A stretch of DNA of 61,184 nt, counting the filler, from a bacterium (GTDB taxonomy: Bacteria; UBP15; UBA6099; JAJRTR01): NCBI GenBank assembly GCA_024278215.1. It is 3 parts of 3 records of this genome, joined end to end, with 100 filler letters (N's around TTAATTAATTAA, not from the genome) between each part and the next. Parts side by side here need not be neighbours in the genome. Positions count along the whole stretch, not along the records: positions 25,040 to 54,241 come from JAJRTR010000200.1; 2 more parts are not named here. One strand, 5' to 3'. Made by a program: the position numbers and the translations under genes. Positions 40,671-51,010 of this stretch are shown in pieces (the stretch's first letter is position 1; each line of letters opens with the position of its first letter). The notes beneath the pieces were generated by a model, which was not told where the DNA came from, did no database searches, and saw only the letters and a list, made by a program, of their open reading frames with translations.

Positions 40671-41750
40671 ATGCTGAAGACATGGCTTACGGAACAAGTG
40701 GGGATAAAGTATCCGGTGATACATGGCGGTATGGGACCATACAGCACAAACAATCTGTGCGCGGCGGTTGCCGATGCAGGTGGACTCGGCATAATCAGTC
40801 TGATAGGGATGGGAGTACAGCACTCGGAAGCTACACCTGTCGACCCTGTGCTTGTTTTCGGCGAGGGCACAACCGAAGAATATCTCGAAAAGAGCATAGC
40901 TTTTGTGCAAAATAAAACTGCGGTATCCGGTGGAATATTCGGCGTTAATTGCCCGGTTTCCGCGGAATTCATGGAGGCTGCGAAGTTGCTGATAGACGGC
41001 GTCATCAGCATCAGGGACAGGGATGAGGACCTCAAAAAGAGATTGAAAGTGATAATAACATCCGCTGGCGACCCGGTGCCATGGGCTGAACATATAAGGA
41101 AAACCGATTTGATCTGGTTCCATGTGATACCGTCGATATATCACGCAAAGCGAGCGTCGAAAGCAGGTGTCGACGCAATAATCGCTTCGGGCCATGAAGG
41201 CGGCGCTCACATATCGTGGCAGCCGGTACATTCGATGGTCCTTATTCCCGGTGTCGTCGATTCGTCGTCTCTGCCCGTCATAGCCGCAGGCGGGATATGC
41301 GACGGTCGCACAATAGCCGCCGCATTCGCGCTCGGCGCGGTCGGCGTTCAGATGGGCACGCGATTCATTGCCACACAGGAATGCGATTTCTGGGATGTAT
41401 GGAAGCAGGGCATTATAAAGAGTTCCGACAGGGACACGCTCGTCGGGCGTGGTATGTTCGGTCCGATGAGATTCATTAAAAACAAAGCGTCTTTGAAGCT
41501 CGTCGAGAAAACGGCGCTGTTGCTTCCGGATTTCCTGAAGGGTGAGCCGGTCGAGTTGAACGAGGAGATTCTCGAGATAGAAAAGGCAGGCTTCGCGCGT
41601 CTGATAGATAACGATGAATCCGGCTCGCTTATACTCGGCGGCGAGGCATCGGGCCGAATCGACGATATGCCCACATGCAAAGACCTGATCGAACGAATCG
41701 TCGCCGACGCTGAAAAGGTTATGAACTCGATGCCGGAGCATTGCAGTTGA
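40671..41750 (+). CDS. nitronate monooxygenase / FabK-like flavin oxidoreductase
   Basis: GGMG, AGGLG, GHEGGAH, AAGGICDG, QMGTRF; AAGGAG RBS. Confidence 0.88.
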   Translation: MLKTWLTEQVGIKYPVIHGGMGPYSTNNLCAAVADAGGLGIISLIGMGVQHSEATPVDPVLVFGEGTTEEYLEKSIAFVQNKTAVSGGIFGVNCPVSAEFMEAAKLLIDGVISIRDRDEDLKKRLKVIITSAGDPVPWAEHIRKTDLIWFHVIPSIYHAKRASKAGVDAIIASGHEGGAHISWQPVHSMVLIPGVVDSSSLPVIAAGGICDGRTIAAAFALGAVGVQMGTRFIATQECDFWDVWKQGIIKSSDRDTLVGRGMFGPMRFIKNKASLKLVEKTALLLPDFLKGEPVELNEEILEIEKAGFARLIDNDESGSLILGGEASGRIDDMPTCKDLIERIVADAEKVMNSMPEHCS

Positions 41751-41823
41751 TAATTGCTTTCGGAGTAACACTTCAGTCAAGTGAAGAATTTACTTCAGCC
41801 GGTTGAAATGTTTCCTTCCGGAA

Positions 41824-42390
41824 CTATTCCCGGTCGCCCTGAACGATGCCCGTTTGAATGCTTTTCTGCGCTTGATATTTACCTTTTTTGTCGGCATAAG
41901 ATGTTTCGCACACTTCATCCGCGCCGATGAATACCACCTGCCCGATTCCCTCGTCGGCATATAGCCGCACCGGCAGCGGCGATGTATTCACGATGCAGAT
42001 TGTCACGTATCCTTCCCACTCGGGCTCGAGTGGTGTGACATTTACGAGAACACCGCAACGCGCATAAGTTGATTTCCCTGTTACAATCGCGAGAACATCA
42101 CGGGGGATGCGGAAATATTCCAGACTGCGCGCGAGCACAAAACTGTTCGGTTTCAACTCCAGCACATCGGTTATGATCTCTTCGTATTCGATGCCGCCGC
42201 CGGATTTCGGATCGATATAAGAATCTTTCCCGAAAACCGGAGCTTTGAATATGTTGCTGATACGCATATCATACCCATAAGACGAAATACCGTAGGAAAC
42301 CACCCCGCCGCTCACCTGCCCGGACTCGAACGGTTCGAGCATTCCGCGTTCTTCGGACATCTTTTTTATCCATTTATCATTTTTAACCAT
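41824..42390 (-). CDS. dcd: dCTP deaminase
   Basis: [32 protein letters not shown]. Confidence 0.94.
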   Translation of the reverse strand: MVKNDKWIKKMSEERGMLEPFESGQVSGGVVSYGISSYGYDMRISNIFKAPVFGKDSYIDPKSGGGIEYEEIITDVLELKPNSFVLARSLEYFRIPRDVLAIVTGKSTYARCGVLVNVTPLEPEWEGYVTICIVNTSPLPVRLYADEGIGQVVFIGADEVCETSYADKKGKYQAQKSIQTGIVQGDRE

Positions 42391-42412
42391 TTTTGTCTCC
42401 AATTACGTTTTT

Positions 42413-43519
42413 TTACTTCTCGGGCTCATCGTCGAAATTATGATATTTGTAGAACGAGTAATATGAAGCGAGGACGATAAAGTCCATGCCGGGGTGTTCG
42501 ATGTTGCTGATCGGATGTACTGTCTCCCATTCTTTCGGGCTTCGCTCCCAGCGGTAGCCCCAGTGATAACCTGTCGGTTTCCATCTGTTGGGCAACTCGG
42601 CAGGGAATGCGCGCAGTTCTTTCTTAATCAGTTTATCGGTTTTCAGTCCGAAGACTTTTCCATAGAACCAGTTGAATAGCGGGTTGCCGTCTTTGCGTAC
42701 AGGTTTGAACCATGTTTTTATCATATCGTCAAGGCCCGTGAGTTCGGGACGCAGAATCTTCGCGACGAAAAGGCGCTCGAACATCAGGTTCAATGAAAAA
42801 TAGTTGACACTTCCCGTCCTGATAAGGTACGCCTGTTTGAATTGCAGAAAGAATTTTTCTTTTTCCGAATCGAACGTCTCGCCGGGTCCGTAGATATCGA
42901 CATCGATCTCCAGTTTTTCCGCGAGCAGTTGGAACAGCAATTTCAAATCAGTGCAATCCGTCCACGGACCCTCGCCGTAAATCCAGTTGTGAGCCTTTCC
43001 GTAAACTATTATATTGCGGGTGATGCGCGCTATTTCATTTCTGAGTTCGGGCGGTCCGTGCAGAGCGACCTCCGCCATTCCCATCAACATTTCGCCATAC
43101 TGATCGATGCTTGTCTGGCCGTGCCCGTAGTCGTCGGGTATCTCCGGCCATCTTTTGTACCTGCCGGGCTCGACCTCGATCTCCTCCCAGTATCTCAGCC
43201 CATCACGAACAAGGTCCCATCGTTCATCGAGCGCGAAAGCCGACATCGTGAGGCCTGTCCAACCCTGACTGTCGCCAAGGCCCACGTATTTAACGACTGC
43301 TGTATGCGAGTCGTCAAGTTCCGCTTCCGCAGTGCCGCCCTTATACATATGCCGCGTGACAAAGGATTCCATGTAGTGGTTGTGTTTTTCGAGGATATCC
43401 GGCGGGAGCGCCTTTTGAACCGAAGGTTCGGACATAGTCTGCCCGGCGCTGAATACCATAGCCGATACCAGCAGCAGGAACAAAAAACAACAGGTATTTC
43501 GCCGACATGATAATCTCAT
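42413..43519 (-). CDS. secreted hypothetical protein
   Basis: Signal-peptide-like N-terminus; aromatic-rich; GDSQGWTG and TSIDQY segments. Confidence 0.75.
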   Translation of the reverse strand: MRLSCRRNTCCFLFLLLVSAMVFSAGQTMSEPSVQKALPPDILEKHNHYMESFVTRHMYKGGTAEAELDDSHTAVVKYVGLGDSQGWTGLTMSAFALDERWDLVRDGLRYWEEIEVEPGRYKRWPEIPDDYGHGQTSIDQYGEMLMGMAEVALHGPPELRNEIARITRNIIVYGKAHNWIYGEGPWTDCTDLKLLFQLLAEKLEIDVDIYGPGETFDSEKEKFFLQFKQAYLIRTGSVNYFSLNLMFERLFVAKILRPELTGLDDMIKTWFKPVRKDGNPLFNWFYGKVFGLKTDKLIKKELRAFPAELPNRWKPTGYHWGYRWERSPKEWETVHPISNIEHPGMDFIVLASYYSFYKYHNFDDEPEK

Positions 43520-43709
43520 TTAATCTCACACCGAGTTTCATCGTTCCCAAAGCGTATCCTGGGAACGCCTGGAACTGGAAGCTCCAGCTTCCACCGATCT
43601 CTTTTCAACATTTCTTTACCACCTTGCGCATTTACAAGTGTGACACGACACTATACCCGGAACGACAGAACCTAAGTGAACGGCATGTTTTCGTAAGTTG
43701 GAATTGCAG

Positions 43710-44438
43710 TTATTTCCTGCTGCCGAAAACGATTGTTCCGCCTGCATGTCCGATCGCTGCAGCAAGTGGAATCGCGAGGAAATATAGAACCAGCAACGGC
43801 ACATTGTACTCGTCCTGCGACAGAACGCCTGCTTTCGCGTGCGTGAGGGTTGTGATCAGGGAAAGAGCGATAAGCAGTTGTCCGGCGAAAATCTTGAATT
43901 TGTATGTGCCGCCTGAAACCTTTCCGTATTTGAACACCCAGTGGAACAGCCCTGAGATATACGCTGCCGGAGCGGTCAGAAGGCCCACAATCATAAGGTA
44001 ATAAGCTGTTCTCTCGAATGCGGCGACATCCAGAATATAGAACAGCGAGAGGAAAACCGGCGCGAGCACAAAAACCGCCTGCGGGAAATGTACCAGTATC
44101 GGATGCGGGTGCATATCGATTATCTGTTGTATCGCATCGGGTGGGCGGGACTGGACAGGGGCGGAGAGCGGTTCGGAATGTTCGCGGACGGTCGTTGCCT
44201 CCGTATCGGCTTTGAGTATGCCGACTTTCTCCACGCGCTCGAATACTTCGGTGCCGTGCGGCGCGTTTGCAAAATCGGCTGTGAGGTCGGCGCCTGCCGT
44301 GTGTTTATTCATGTGCCGGCCTTCTTTCCACATACTGCTCGCCGAGACATCGTAAACATTTCCATCCCGGGCCACATAAGCAGGTTTGCCGCCTCGACCG
44401 TGGTTTTGCGACAGTTCGTTTTCAGTGAATTCCTTCAT
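43710..44438 (-). CDS. cytochrome b5-like heme-binding domain fused to a DUF2231-type membrane domain
   Basis: VYDVS..W..GRH..H.AG.DLT...APHG, then HPILVHFP and four TM helices. Confidence 0.85.
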   Translation of the reverse strand: MKEFTENELSQNHGRGGKPAYVARDGNVYDVSASSMWKEGRHMNKHTAGADLTADFANAPHGTEVFERVEKVGILKADTEATTVREHSEPLSAPVQSRPPDAIQQIIDMHPHPILVHFPQAVFVLAPVFLSLFYILDVAAFERTAYYLMIVGLLTAPAAYISGLFHWVFKYGKVSGGTYKFKIFAGQLLIALSLITTLTHAKAGVLSQDEYNVPLLVLYFLAIPLAAAIGHAGGTIVFGSRK

Positions 44439-44550
44439 TGTCCCTATCCCTTCGATAGTCTTTTGTATTGTATCGGTCATTTGATCCGCTTGCAATAATC
44501 TGTTTCGCAGCGAGTAGGCTCATTACGTAAACGCAGTTCAGTTCACAACA

Positions 44551-45363
44551 TCATTGTACAAGCCAGTTACGGATGTGTTCGAGACAGGGGAGTTGCGAGC
44601 GGAGTTTGTCCTGCGCGTCGAAATCTATCTCGGCCAGGGCGATATCCTCGCGGTCGGGAACGACTGCGAGTACGTTGCCCCATGGCTCGGCGATAAGGCT
44701 TTTTCCGTAGCATTGCCGCTTTTTTGTTAGCCTGCCGCACTGCGCGGGCGCGGCGATGTACACAAGGTTTTCTATCGCCCTGGCTTTCAGCAGCGGAACC
44801 CAGTGGTCTTTCCCTGTGTGCAGAGTGAACGCTGCCGGAACGAAGATCATGCGCGCGCCTTTCAACGTGAGCCGCCTGAAAAGCTCGGGAAATCTGAGGT
44901 CGTAGCATACAGTGAGTCCTATGGGGCCGACTTCGGTTTCCGCCACGATCACTTCATCGCCCGGCTCCACCACATTTGATTCCTTGTGTGTCGCGCCTGC
45001 GTTTATCTCTATATCAAAGAGATGAATCTTTTTATATTTTGCGACTATCTCGCCGCCGGGTCCGATAACAGGGCAGGTGTTGAACACTTTCCCGCCGGGC
45101 GCCGGTTCCGGTATGGTCCCGGCGACGAGAGTGATCTTTCGTTCGCGGCAAAGCCGGCGCAGCAGTGCCACAGGGCCGTCGTCCAGGGGAAGAGTGTCGG
45201 GAGGCGGATCGTCGTTGTCTCTGATGCGCGACCAGTTTTCCGGCAGTCCGACGAGTTTCGCGCCGCGATCCGCCGCTTTATCGACAAGCTCCAGCGCTTT
45301 GTCTGTATTCCGCTTCATATCTTTTGTGGATGTCATCTGAACAACTGCCGCGAGAAAACTCAT
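44551..45363 (-). CDS. carbon-nitrogen hydrolase (Nit1-like)
   Basis: LPE, YKKIHLFD, CYDLRFPE catalytic triad. Confidence 0.93.
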   Translation of the reverse strand: MSFLAAVVQMTSTKDMKRNTDKALELVDKAADRGAKLVGLPENWSRIRDNDDPPPDTLPLDDGPVALLRRLCRERKITLVAGTIPEPAPGGKVFNTCPVIGPGGEIVAKYKKIHLFDIEINAGATHKESNVVEPGDEVIVAETEVGPIGLTVCYDLRFPELFRRLTLKGARMIFVPAAFTLHTGKDHWVPLLKARAIENLVYIAAPAQCGRLTKKRQCYGKSLIAEPWGNVLAVVPDREDIALAEIDFDAQDKLRSQLPCLEHIRNWLVQ

Positions 45364-45384
45364 GTTGCTGCTCCCATGTCCTTT

Positions 45385-46629
45385 TCAGCGCCCCAGTACT
45401 TCGGAGAAAGTGCGGTTGTGCATGTCCCAGCCGGCGATTCTGCCGTCGCGCACATGCACTATGCGGAATCCCCAACTCGGGTTGTCGCTGTCTTTGCCGC
45501 CTCCGAGTCCCGCCGCCTTTGTCCACACTTCGGTCGTATACTTGCCCAACTTTTCTATGCGGTTGTAGTGCATGTGTCCGACGAAAACATAGCCGACTTT
45601 GTAGTGATCGAGCAGCTTAGTGAATTGCGCCACAGATGCGCCCTTCACCTTGATGACCGGCGAAAATCCCATCTTGCGCCCACCCTGCAGAAACTTATTC
45701 GGGATGTGCGTATATATAACAAATTCCTTGAAACCCCGTTTGCTCGCGTCCGCCATATCGTTTTTAAACCATTTCCATTGTTTCGGCCCGATGTTCGAGT
45801 TTATCGGGATGCCGAGGAAAACATAGTCGGCGTTGAACCGGTCACGAAGCTTCTTCGGCCAGTCGAAACTGTTGAGACCGACGAAATGAATGTCTCCGTA
45901 GTCGAAAGAGTTGTATGTCGGGCCGTATGCGGCGTCCCAGTACGGACGTCCGTCGATGGGTTCGTCGGGGCGGTTATCCACATACTGTTCGTGATTGCCC
46001 GGCACCATAAACATGGGCAGCGTCATTTGTTTTGCGAATACGTCGTATCCGTAAATGTAGTCCCTGTCATAAGTTTCCGGGTTGAGACCGAGGTCGCCCG
46101 AGAACAGCACGAACTCGACATTCATCTTCGCGAGGTCCTTTATCAGCGCGAGCCGGACTTTGTTCGCGTCTTCTATGTCGCCGCCTTTTTCCACGTTGAA
46201 ATGTATGTCTGTAATGTGCACGAAATCGTAATCTTTCTTGAACTCTTTTACTACCTTCACCGAGTGAATCTGAGTGTCCGTACTGCCGTCGTCGAATGTT
46301 ACTTTAAGGTCGTACAGCACATCGGGCGTGTCTTGCGGTATCGCAGCGGAAAAGACGACGGTGTCTTCGTCCGCGCTGATTCTGTCGAGTGTGAGAGCGA
46401 CGCGGTATGCCTTCATCACGGTACCGGAAAGTTCAGCACCCGCTACCTGCTTCGCTCCGGGTTTCAAGACCAGTTCGAACGCTTCGCCCGACTTCACAAT
46501 CGCAGGCACGCTCAACAGCGGCTTTTGTATTTCGTGCACCCTCTGCACAGGCACGGCGAACGCAGCCGCCGACACGAACAGCAAAGCAACCAGGATCAAA
46601 AAATATTTCGATAATCTTCTCATTGCCAT
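45385..46629 (-). CDS. secreted calcineurin-like metallophosphoesterase
   Basis: Signal peptide; TDIH, SGD, GNHE, GHMH. Confidence 0.88.
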   Translation of the reverse strand: MAMRRLSKYFLILVALLFVSAAAFAVPVQRVHEIQKPLLSVPAIVKSGEAFELVLKPGAKQVAGAELSGTVMKAYRVALTLDRISADEDTVVFSAAIPQDTPDVLYDLKVTFDDGSTDTQIHSVKVVKEFKKDYDFVHITDIHFNVEKGGDIEDANKVRLALIKDLAKMNVEFVLFSGDLGLNPETYDRDYIYGYDVFAKQMTLPMFMVPGNHEQYVDNRPDEPIDGRPYWDAAYGPTYNSFDYGDIHFVGLNSFDWPKKLRDRFNADYVFLGIPINSNIGPKQWKWFKNDMADASKRGFKEFVIYTHIPNKFLQGGRKMGFSPVIKVKGASVAQFTKLLDHYKVGYVFVGHMHYNRIEKLGKYTTEVWTKAAGLGGGKDSDNPSWGFRIVHVRDGRIAGWDMHNRTFSEVLGR

Positions 46630-46751
46630 AAACTCCATTCACAAACGAATCAGGAAATATAGAAATACAACTGCGCAGACTGCAAAATCATGTTCGACTG
46701 CTGTTATTCTATACATCTTCGTAAAAAATGGAAGTTATATACCATACAGAT

Positions 46752-46929
46752 GAGCCAACTGCAAAATCATGTTCGTGGCGAAGTCGAGCGAAATTGTTCG
46801 GAACAAGGCGGAGGTATAAAATCCTCGCAGGCGTACTTGCAGAGTATGTCGAGAACAATTTCGCACCGACAACGCAACTATGGACAATAGCAGCCAACCG
46901 CAGCAGAATCATAATTTTGTAATTGGCTC
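46752..46929 (+). mobile_element. family A element, full but diverged copy
   Basis: GAGCCAACTGCAAAATC...AATTTTGTAATTGGCTC; AGAT on both flanks; an extra left-end fragment ACTGCAAAATCATGTTCG at 46679-46696. Confidence 0.88.
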
Positions 46930-46941
46930 AGATATTACAAC

Positions 46942-47652
46942 TCACTTGTGGCGAGACAAAGGGCTATGTGTGCCGATACCGGACCGGTGCCCCGAGACCT
47001 GCCGGGGCACATAGGGGACGGTCTCAGTCAGCGTCGCCCTTTTCGCAGGGAGCCCGTATTCAAAGACGCCTTTTTTATCATTTTCGACGGCATCCCCGCG
47101 CAGTGGCCATGAGCCTTCGGACAAATATCCCTTTTCGACAAGGTCCTGCAAGTTGTTTATGTTTCCATTCTGAGATTGTTGATTCCCTGTTCCAACATAA
47201 CTGCCGTTCTCGGGATGATAAAACAAACCGATCGCCACGATCACGACGATTGACAGCACTATTATGAGCATTCCGCAGATTGACCAGAAACGCTGAGTTT
47301 CCTTAAACTGTTTCACGCTGTCGAACGTCCTCGCCTTCCATGCCAGCTCGTTGCCCTTGAACCCGAGATAGAGCGAAACGGCAAAACCGATAATTACAGT
47401 AAACGGGATCAGACATGTAGCGAGCAGGACGGCAAAAAACAGCCACAGCCTGTGAGCCGCCGTCCAGAATATGCTGAGCGAAAACGCGCCGAAATTAAAA
47501 CCTTTAATCTCATCGGGCACGGGGCGGCGGTTTGCAGGTGCCTCATCCGGGCACACCGCGCCTCTGACGGCCCTGCTGCCAGGCCGACCCCCACAATTTT
47601 CGCAGCAGGAGGCTGCGTCGTTGTTGTTATGTCCGCAATTCGGACATTCCAT
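46942..47652 (-). CDS. zinc-ribbon membrane protein
   Basis: CPNCG...CENCG, FNFGAF...GNELAW...Q.FW, several TM helices. Confidence 0.75.
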   Translation of the reverse strand: MECPNCGHNNNDAASCCENCGGRPGSRAVRGAVCPDEAPANRRPVPDEIKGFNFGAFSLSIFWTAAHRLWLFFAVLLATCLIPFTVIIGFAVSLYLGFKGNELAWKARTFDSVKQFKETQRFWSICGMLIIVLSIVVIVAIGLFYHPENGSYVGTGNQQSQNGNINNLQDLVEKGYLSEGSWPLRGDAVENDKKGVFEYGLPAKRATLTETVPYVPRQVSGHRSGIGTHSPLSRHK

Positions 47653-47655
47653 TTT

Positions 47656-48951
47656 TCACCTTCCGATATACGACATAACAGGAACCACAGCCGCGGGTAT
47701 CGTATTGACTTTCCTTCCGCAAAGGGCCGCTCTCGCCTTTATCACTGCTGCCTTCAGCGCCGGCCCATCCTCTGCCACCGCCGCTTCGACAGCGCGCAAT
47801 GCGATTTTACAATACTTTGCAGTCTCCTTCGCAAGCGGTCGGACATCGTTGTAGAAAAGTCGCAGCGCGTCGGCTTCTTTTAACAGCGCCGGTAACTCAA
47901 TGAATTGTTGCAACACATTTTTCAATTTGTGCAATTCGCCGTTCCCTGCGGCGTCAATTGCGGATACAGTCGGCGAAGGCGGCTCTCCGAAGAAAAACGA
48001 CGCCGGGTGGAGTGCGCAGAATTCGAGCAGCAGATCACGGTCGCCGGCGGAAAGTTTCTGTCCCCAGGGCGCAACAGTCGCTTGAGCGAGAGCCGCGCGC
48101 GGATCGTAATCGTGCGGCGAACGCAGCCACTGCGCGATCGTCAACAGCGGTATGGCGGAAGCCGCCGCTTCGTTCATCGGGTTGGCGTAGTAGCCCGCCA
48201 GCATCGAAGGCACGTCCGGTTCGCGTCCTGCGATGGGGCCGAGATTAAGTTTGCAGCGGTTGTAGTCGTTCACAGGATAGTTGTCCCACAGCAACGGTTT
48301 TCTTTTTATTATGCCGGCAATGGATTTCGTGTCTTCGGTCGTAATTCGCGGTGAAACCACCAGCGGCCCGGTCCAGAATATCTCGATCGAGCGGGAAATA
48401 TCTTTGCCGATAGTTTCAAGATATGGAGTCGGCTTTACGCCAATGTATTCTGTAGGGCAAAAAAGCAGGCGCGCGCCGGGCACTCTTTCCAAAAGCACGT
48501 CGGCAAGCCTGTTCACGAGATCGGCCTGTGCCGAGGCGAGAGAGCTCCATTTATTCCTGTCGGACACATGCGAAAGTACTGGTGGAATGTCGTCGAGAAA
48601 CAGCGCGAAACTTCGTACTCCATAATCAGAGATGGAAACAAACTTGTCGGCGAGCGCATCGAAATCTTTGCGCTCTGAATACCTGATCGACAGGCCGGGG
48701 CTGAGCGCCCAGCAGAAGTTGATGTTTTTTTTGCCGCATTTGTTTATGGCGGCGACGAGATGTTTCCGGGCGACGGCAGTGTAGGGTGTCCGCCACCTCT
48801 TGCGATGAAACGGATCGGCCTTCGGTGCGTAGATATAGGAATTGAAACCGGCGTAAGACATAAAGTCAATAAAACGCAATCGTGCGGCGGCGCTCCACGG
48901 TTTCCCATAAAACCCCTCGACAACACCCCGGTCATAATCTGTTTGTTCCAT
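47656..48951 (-). CDS. GH84 beta-N-acetylglucosaminidase (O-GlcNAcase-like)
   Basis: RGVVEGFYGKPW, YIYAPKADP, LFLDDI catalytic DD, WDNYPVND, NPMN. Confidence 0.92.
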   Translation of the reverse strand: MEQTDYDRGVVEGFYGKPWSAAARLRFIDFMSYAGFNSYIYAPKADPFHRKRWRTPYTAVARKHLVAAINKCGKKNINFCWALSPGLSIRYSERKDFDALADKFVSISDYGVRSFALFLDDIPPVLSHVSDRNKWSSLASAQADLVNRLADVLLERVPGARLLFCPTEYIGVKPTPYLETIGKDISRSIEIFWTGPLVVSPRITTEDTKSIAGIIKRKPLLWDNYPVNDYNRCKLNLGPIAGREPDVPSMLAGYYANPMNEAAASAIPLLTIAQWLRSPHDYDPRAALAQATVAPWGQKLSAGDRDLLLEFCALHPASFFFGEPPSPTVSAIDAAGNGELHKLKNVLQQFIELPALLKEADALRLFYNDVRPLAKETAKYCKIALRAVEAAVAEDGPALKAAVIKARAALCGRKVNTIPAAVVPVMSYIGR

Positions 48952-48982
48952 CTGTCCGCGCTTCCCGTCCTGAAGCTTATAC

Positions 48983-49855
48983 TCACAACGCTCTGAGAAA
49001 TTCCGGGCGCAGGAAACGCCCGGGATCGGCAAGAGCAGCGTCGATAGTGCCGAGCAGCTTTTCTCTATCCTGCGCCAGCACCCCCTTGAGAGGCAGGTAG
49101 TTCGACGCGTGATTTGTCCTGAAAATGCAGCCGTCGGTACGAAGCTGATCGACAAGTTGCCTGACTTCCCGCAACAGCTCGAGTTTTGTCAGAAATCGAA
49201 AGTCCGGCCCCATCTGTTCCGCGAAATAATCTTCGAGCGGACCGAGCATCAGTGAGAGCGCGCTGACATAGGTCGGATTCATTTCCGAACATACCGATGC
49301 GGTGTCTGCAATGTGCTGCTCGGACATTTTTGCGCCGCCGAGCCCGAGCAACACGGTGACAGAAAGAGGGAATCCCGCCTCGAGCGCCTTGCCGCCAGCC
49401 TCGATCATTTCCGCCCGAGTCGTGCCTTTGTCCACTTTACGCAACACGTCGTCGTTGCCCGACTCCAGGCCGAAATAAAGAATATCGAGACCTTCCTCAC
49501 GAAGCAGGCGAAGTTCGCCCATCGTTTTTACGAGCAGATTTTTTGGGTTTGCGTAGGAAGTTACGCGCTCGAGTTTGGGGAACTTGGCGTAGAGCAGCCT
49601 GAGGATTTTGCTCAGAGTCGATGTTTTTATAACAAGCGCGTCGCCGTCCGCGAGGAATATGCGTTTTGTGTGCGGCATGGTTCCCGCGCACTCGAGGACA
49701 TCCTTCTTGAAATCGTCGAACCTGCGTATGCGAAACTTCTTCATCTTGTACATACCGCAGAAAAGGCATGTGTTGTTCGAGCAGCCATAAGTGGCTTGCA
49801 GTATCAGGGAATCCGCTTCACTTGGCGGCCTGAACAGTGGCTGATCATATTCCAT
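48983..49855 (-). CDS. radical SAM protein
   Basis: RPPSEA, GCSNNTCLFCGMY, FLADGDA, GLESG, NHASNY. Confidence 0.9.
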   Translation of the reverse strand: MEYDQPLFRPPSEADSLILQATYGCSNNTCLFCGMYKMKKFRIRRFDDFKKDVLECAGTMPHTKRIFLADGDALVIKTSTLSKILRLLYAKFPKLERVTSYANPKNLLVKTMGELRLLREEGLDILYFGLESGNDDVLRKVDKGTTRAEMIEAGGKALEAGFPLSVTVLLGLGGAKMSEQHIADTASVCSEMNPTYVSALSLMLGPLEDYFAEQMGPDFRFLTKLELLREVRQLVDQLRTDGCIFRTNHASNYLPLKGVLAQDREKLLGTIDAALADPGRFLRPEFLRAL

Positions 49856-50362
49856 ATTCTTTCTCCCGGTTTTGAACCCGTATTGGTGAAATATTCGGGT
49901 TAATATCAAAAATAATTTATGTGCCAATTCCGACAATACAACATGTAATACATTATACATCATAAAATAAATATCACTGATTGGAAACAAAATGTTAAAC
50001 GAAAATGTTATTGTTTGACAGAAAAAGAATAATTTTAAGTATGATCTTGACTGATATGGCAAAATTATCTTATTATAGGGAAGATCAAATAAGTGGCTGC
50101 CGGGCAAATAGATGCAAAAATTAGTAATAATTATTCATAATTTGTTTGAGGCAAAGAAGGCAATTGCGTATCCGGCTGTTCAATAGATATTTCTCGACAC
50201 AATGGGTTTACAAAGAATAAATATTTCTATTGAATATGCAAAGGAAAGAAGAAGAGATTATTATAGACAGTGATGGCGGCAAACTGTTCATAAATGCGAT
50301 TTGCAAACAAGCTTGAATGAAAGACATAAGGCAAATAGAATAGTTAGAGTTAAAAGAGAATT

Positions 50363-50436
50363 GCGCCCGTAGCTCAGCTGGATAGAGCGTTAGATTCCGG
50401 ATCTAAAGGCCAGGCGTTCGAATCGCCTCGGGCGTA
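50363..50436 (+). tRNA. tRNA-Arg(CCG), CCA not encoded
   Basis: Acceptor GCGCCCG/CGGGCGT, D arm AGCTCAGCTGGATAGAGC, anticodon arm TTAGA-TTCCGGA-TCTAA, T loop TTCGAAT. Confidence 0.95.
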
Positions 50437-50501
50437 TACTAAATGCACATTGCATCAAGTATTAAAATGTGCAAATATTAAGAATTGAGGGTGATAGAAA
50501 C

Positions 50502-50786
50502 ATGAGTGAAGGAGCATTTTTAAAGAAACAACGTCTGAAAAAAGGAATGACAATCCGAGACGTCGTAGCCATGACAGGGGAAGAGATCGACAAAACTACG
50601 ATCTCAAGGATTGAGCGCGATGAAAGGAAAATCTCTTTAAAAGCAGCGTTCTATTTCTCGAAGATATATGAACTGCCTATGGAAGAGATTGCCAAAAAGG
50701 CACTTGGCCCGAAGGCTAAGATTAAGAAAATCAAGATCGTCAAGAAAAAACGCGGTCGAAAAAAGGGCTCGGGAAACAAGAAATAG
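50502..50786 (+). CDS. XRE/Cro-family HTH protein with basic C-terminal tail
   Basis: LKKQRLKKGMT...TISRIERDER...; GAGGGTG RBS; tail KKKRGRKKGS. Confidence 0.85.
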   Translation: MSEGAFLKKQRLKKGMTIRDVVAMTGEEIDKTTISRIERDERKISLKAAFYFSKIYELPMEEIAKKALGPKAKIKKIKIVKKKRGRKKGSGNKK

Positions 50787-50842
50787 CAGAGTAGAATTTA
50801 CTTTGTGGCAGACTTTTTCCGGTTTAACAACAACAGTATATA

Positions 50843-50878
50843 AATGTGAGGCAGTATTTTTTAGTGCTGCCTCACATT
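50843..50878. terminator. hairpin between convergent genes, probable terminator
   Basis: AATGTGAGGCAGTA...TGCTGCCTCACATT. Confidence 0.6.
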
Positions 50879-51010
50879 ATATTATCATGGGCTTAAGCGT
50901 AAGGCTGCTATATACGTATTCAGAGTCCGCGAAGAAATAAGCTGGAAGTGTTGAAACGACATAGTATTATTTTGAAGAGAATGTTTTTACTGATGGGTAT
51001 ACCGGACCGG

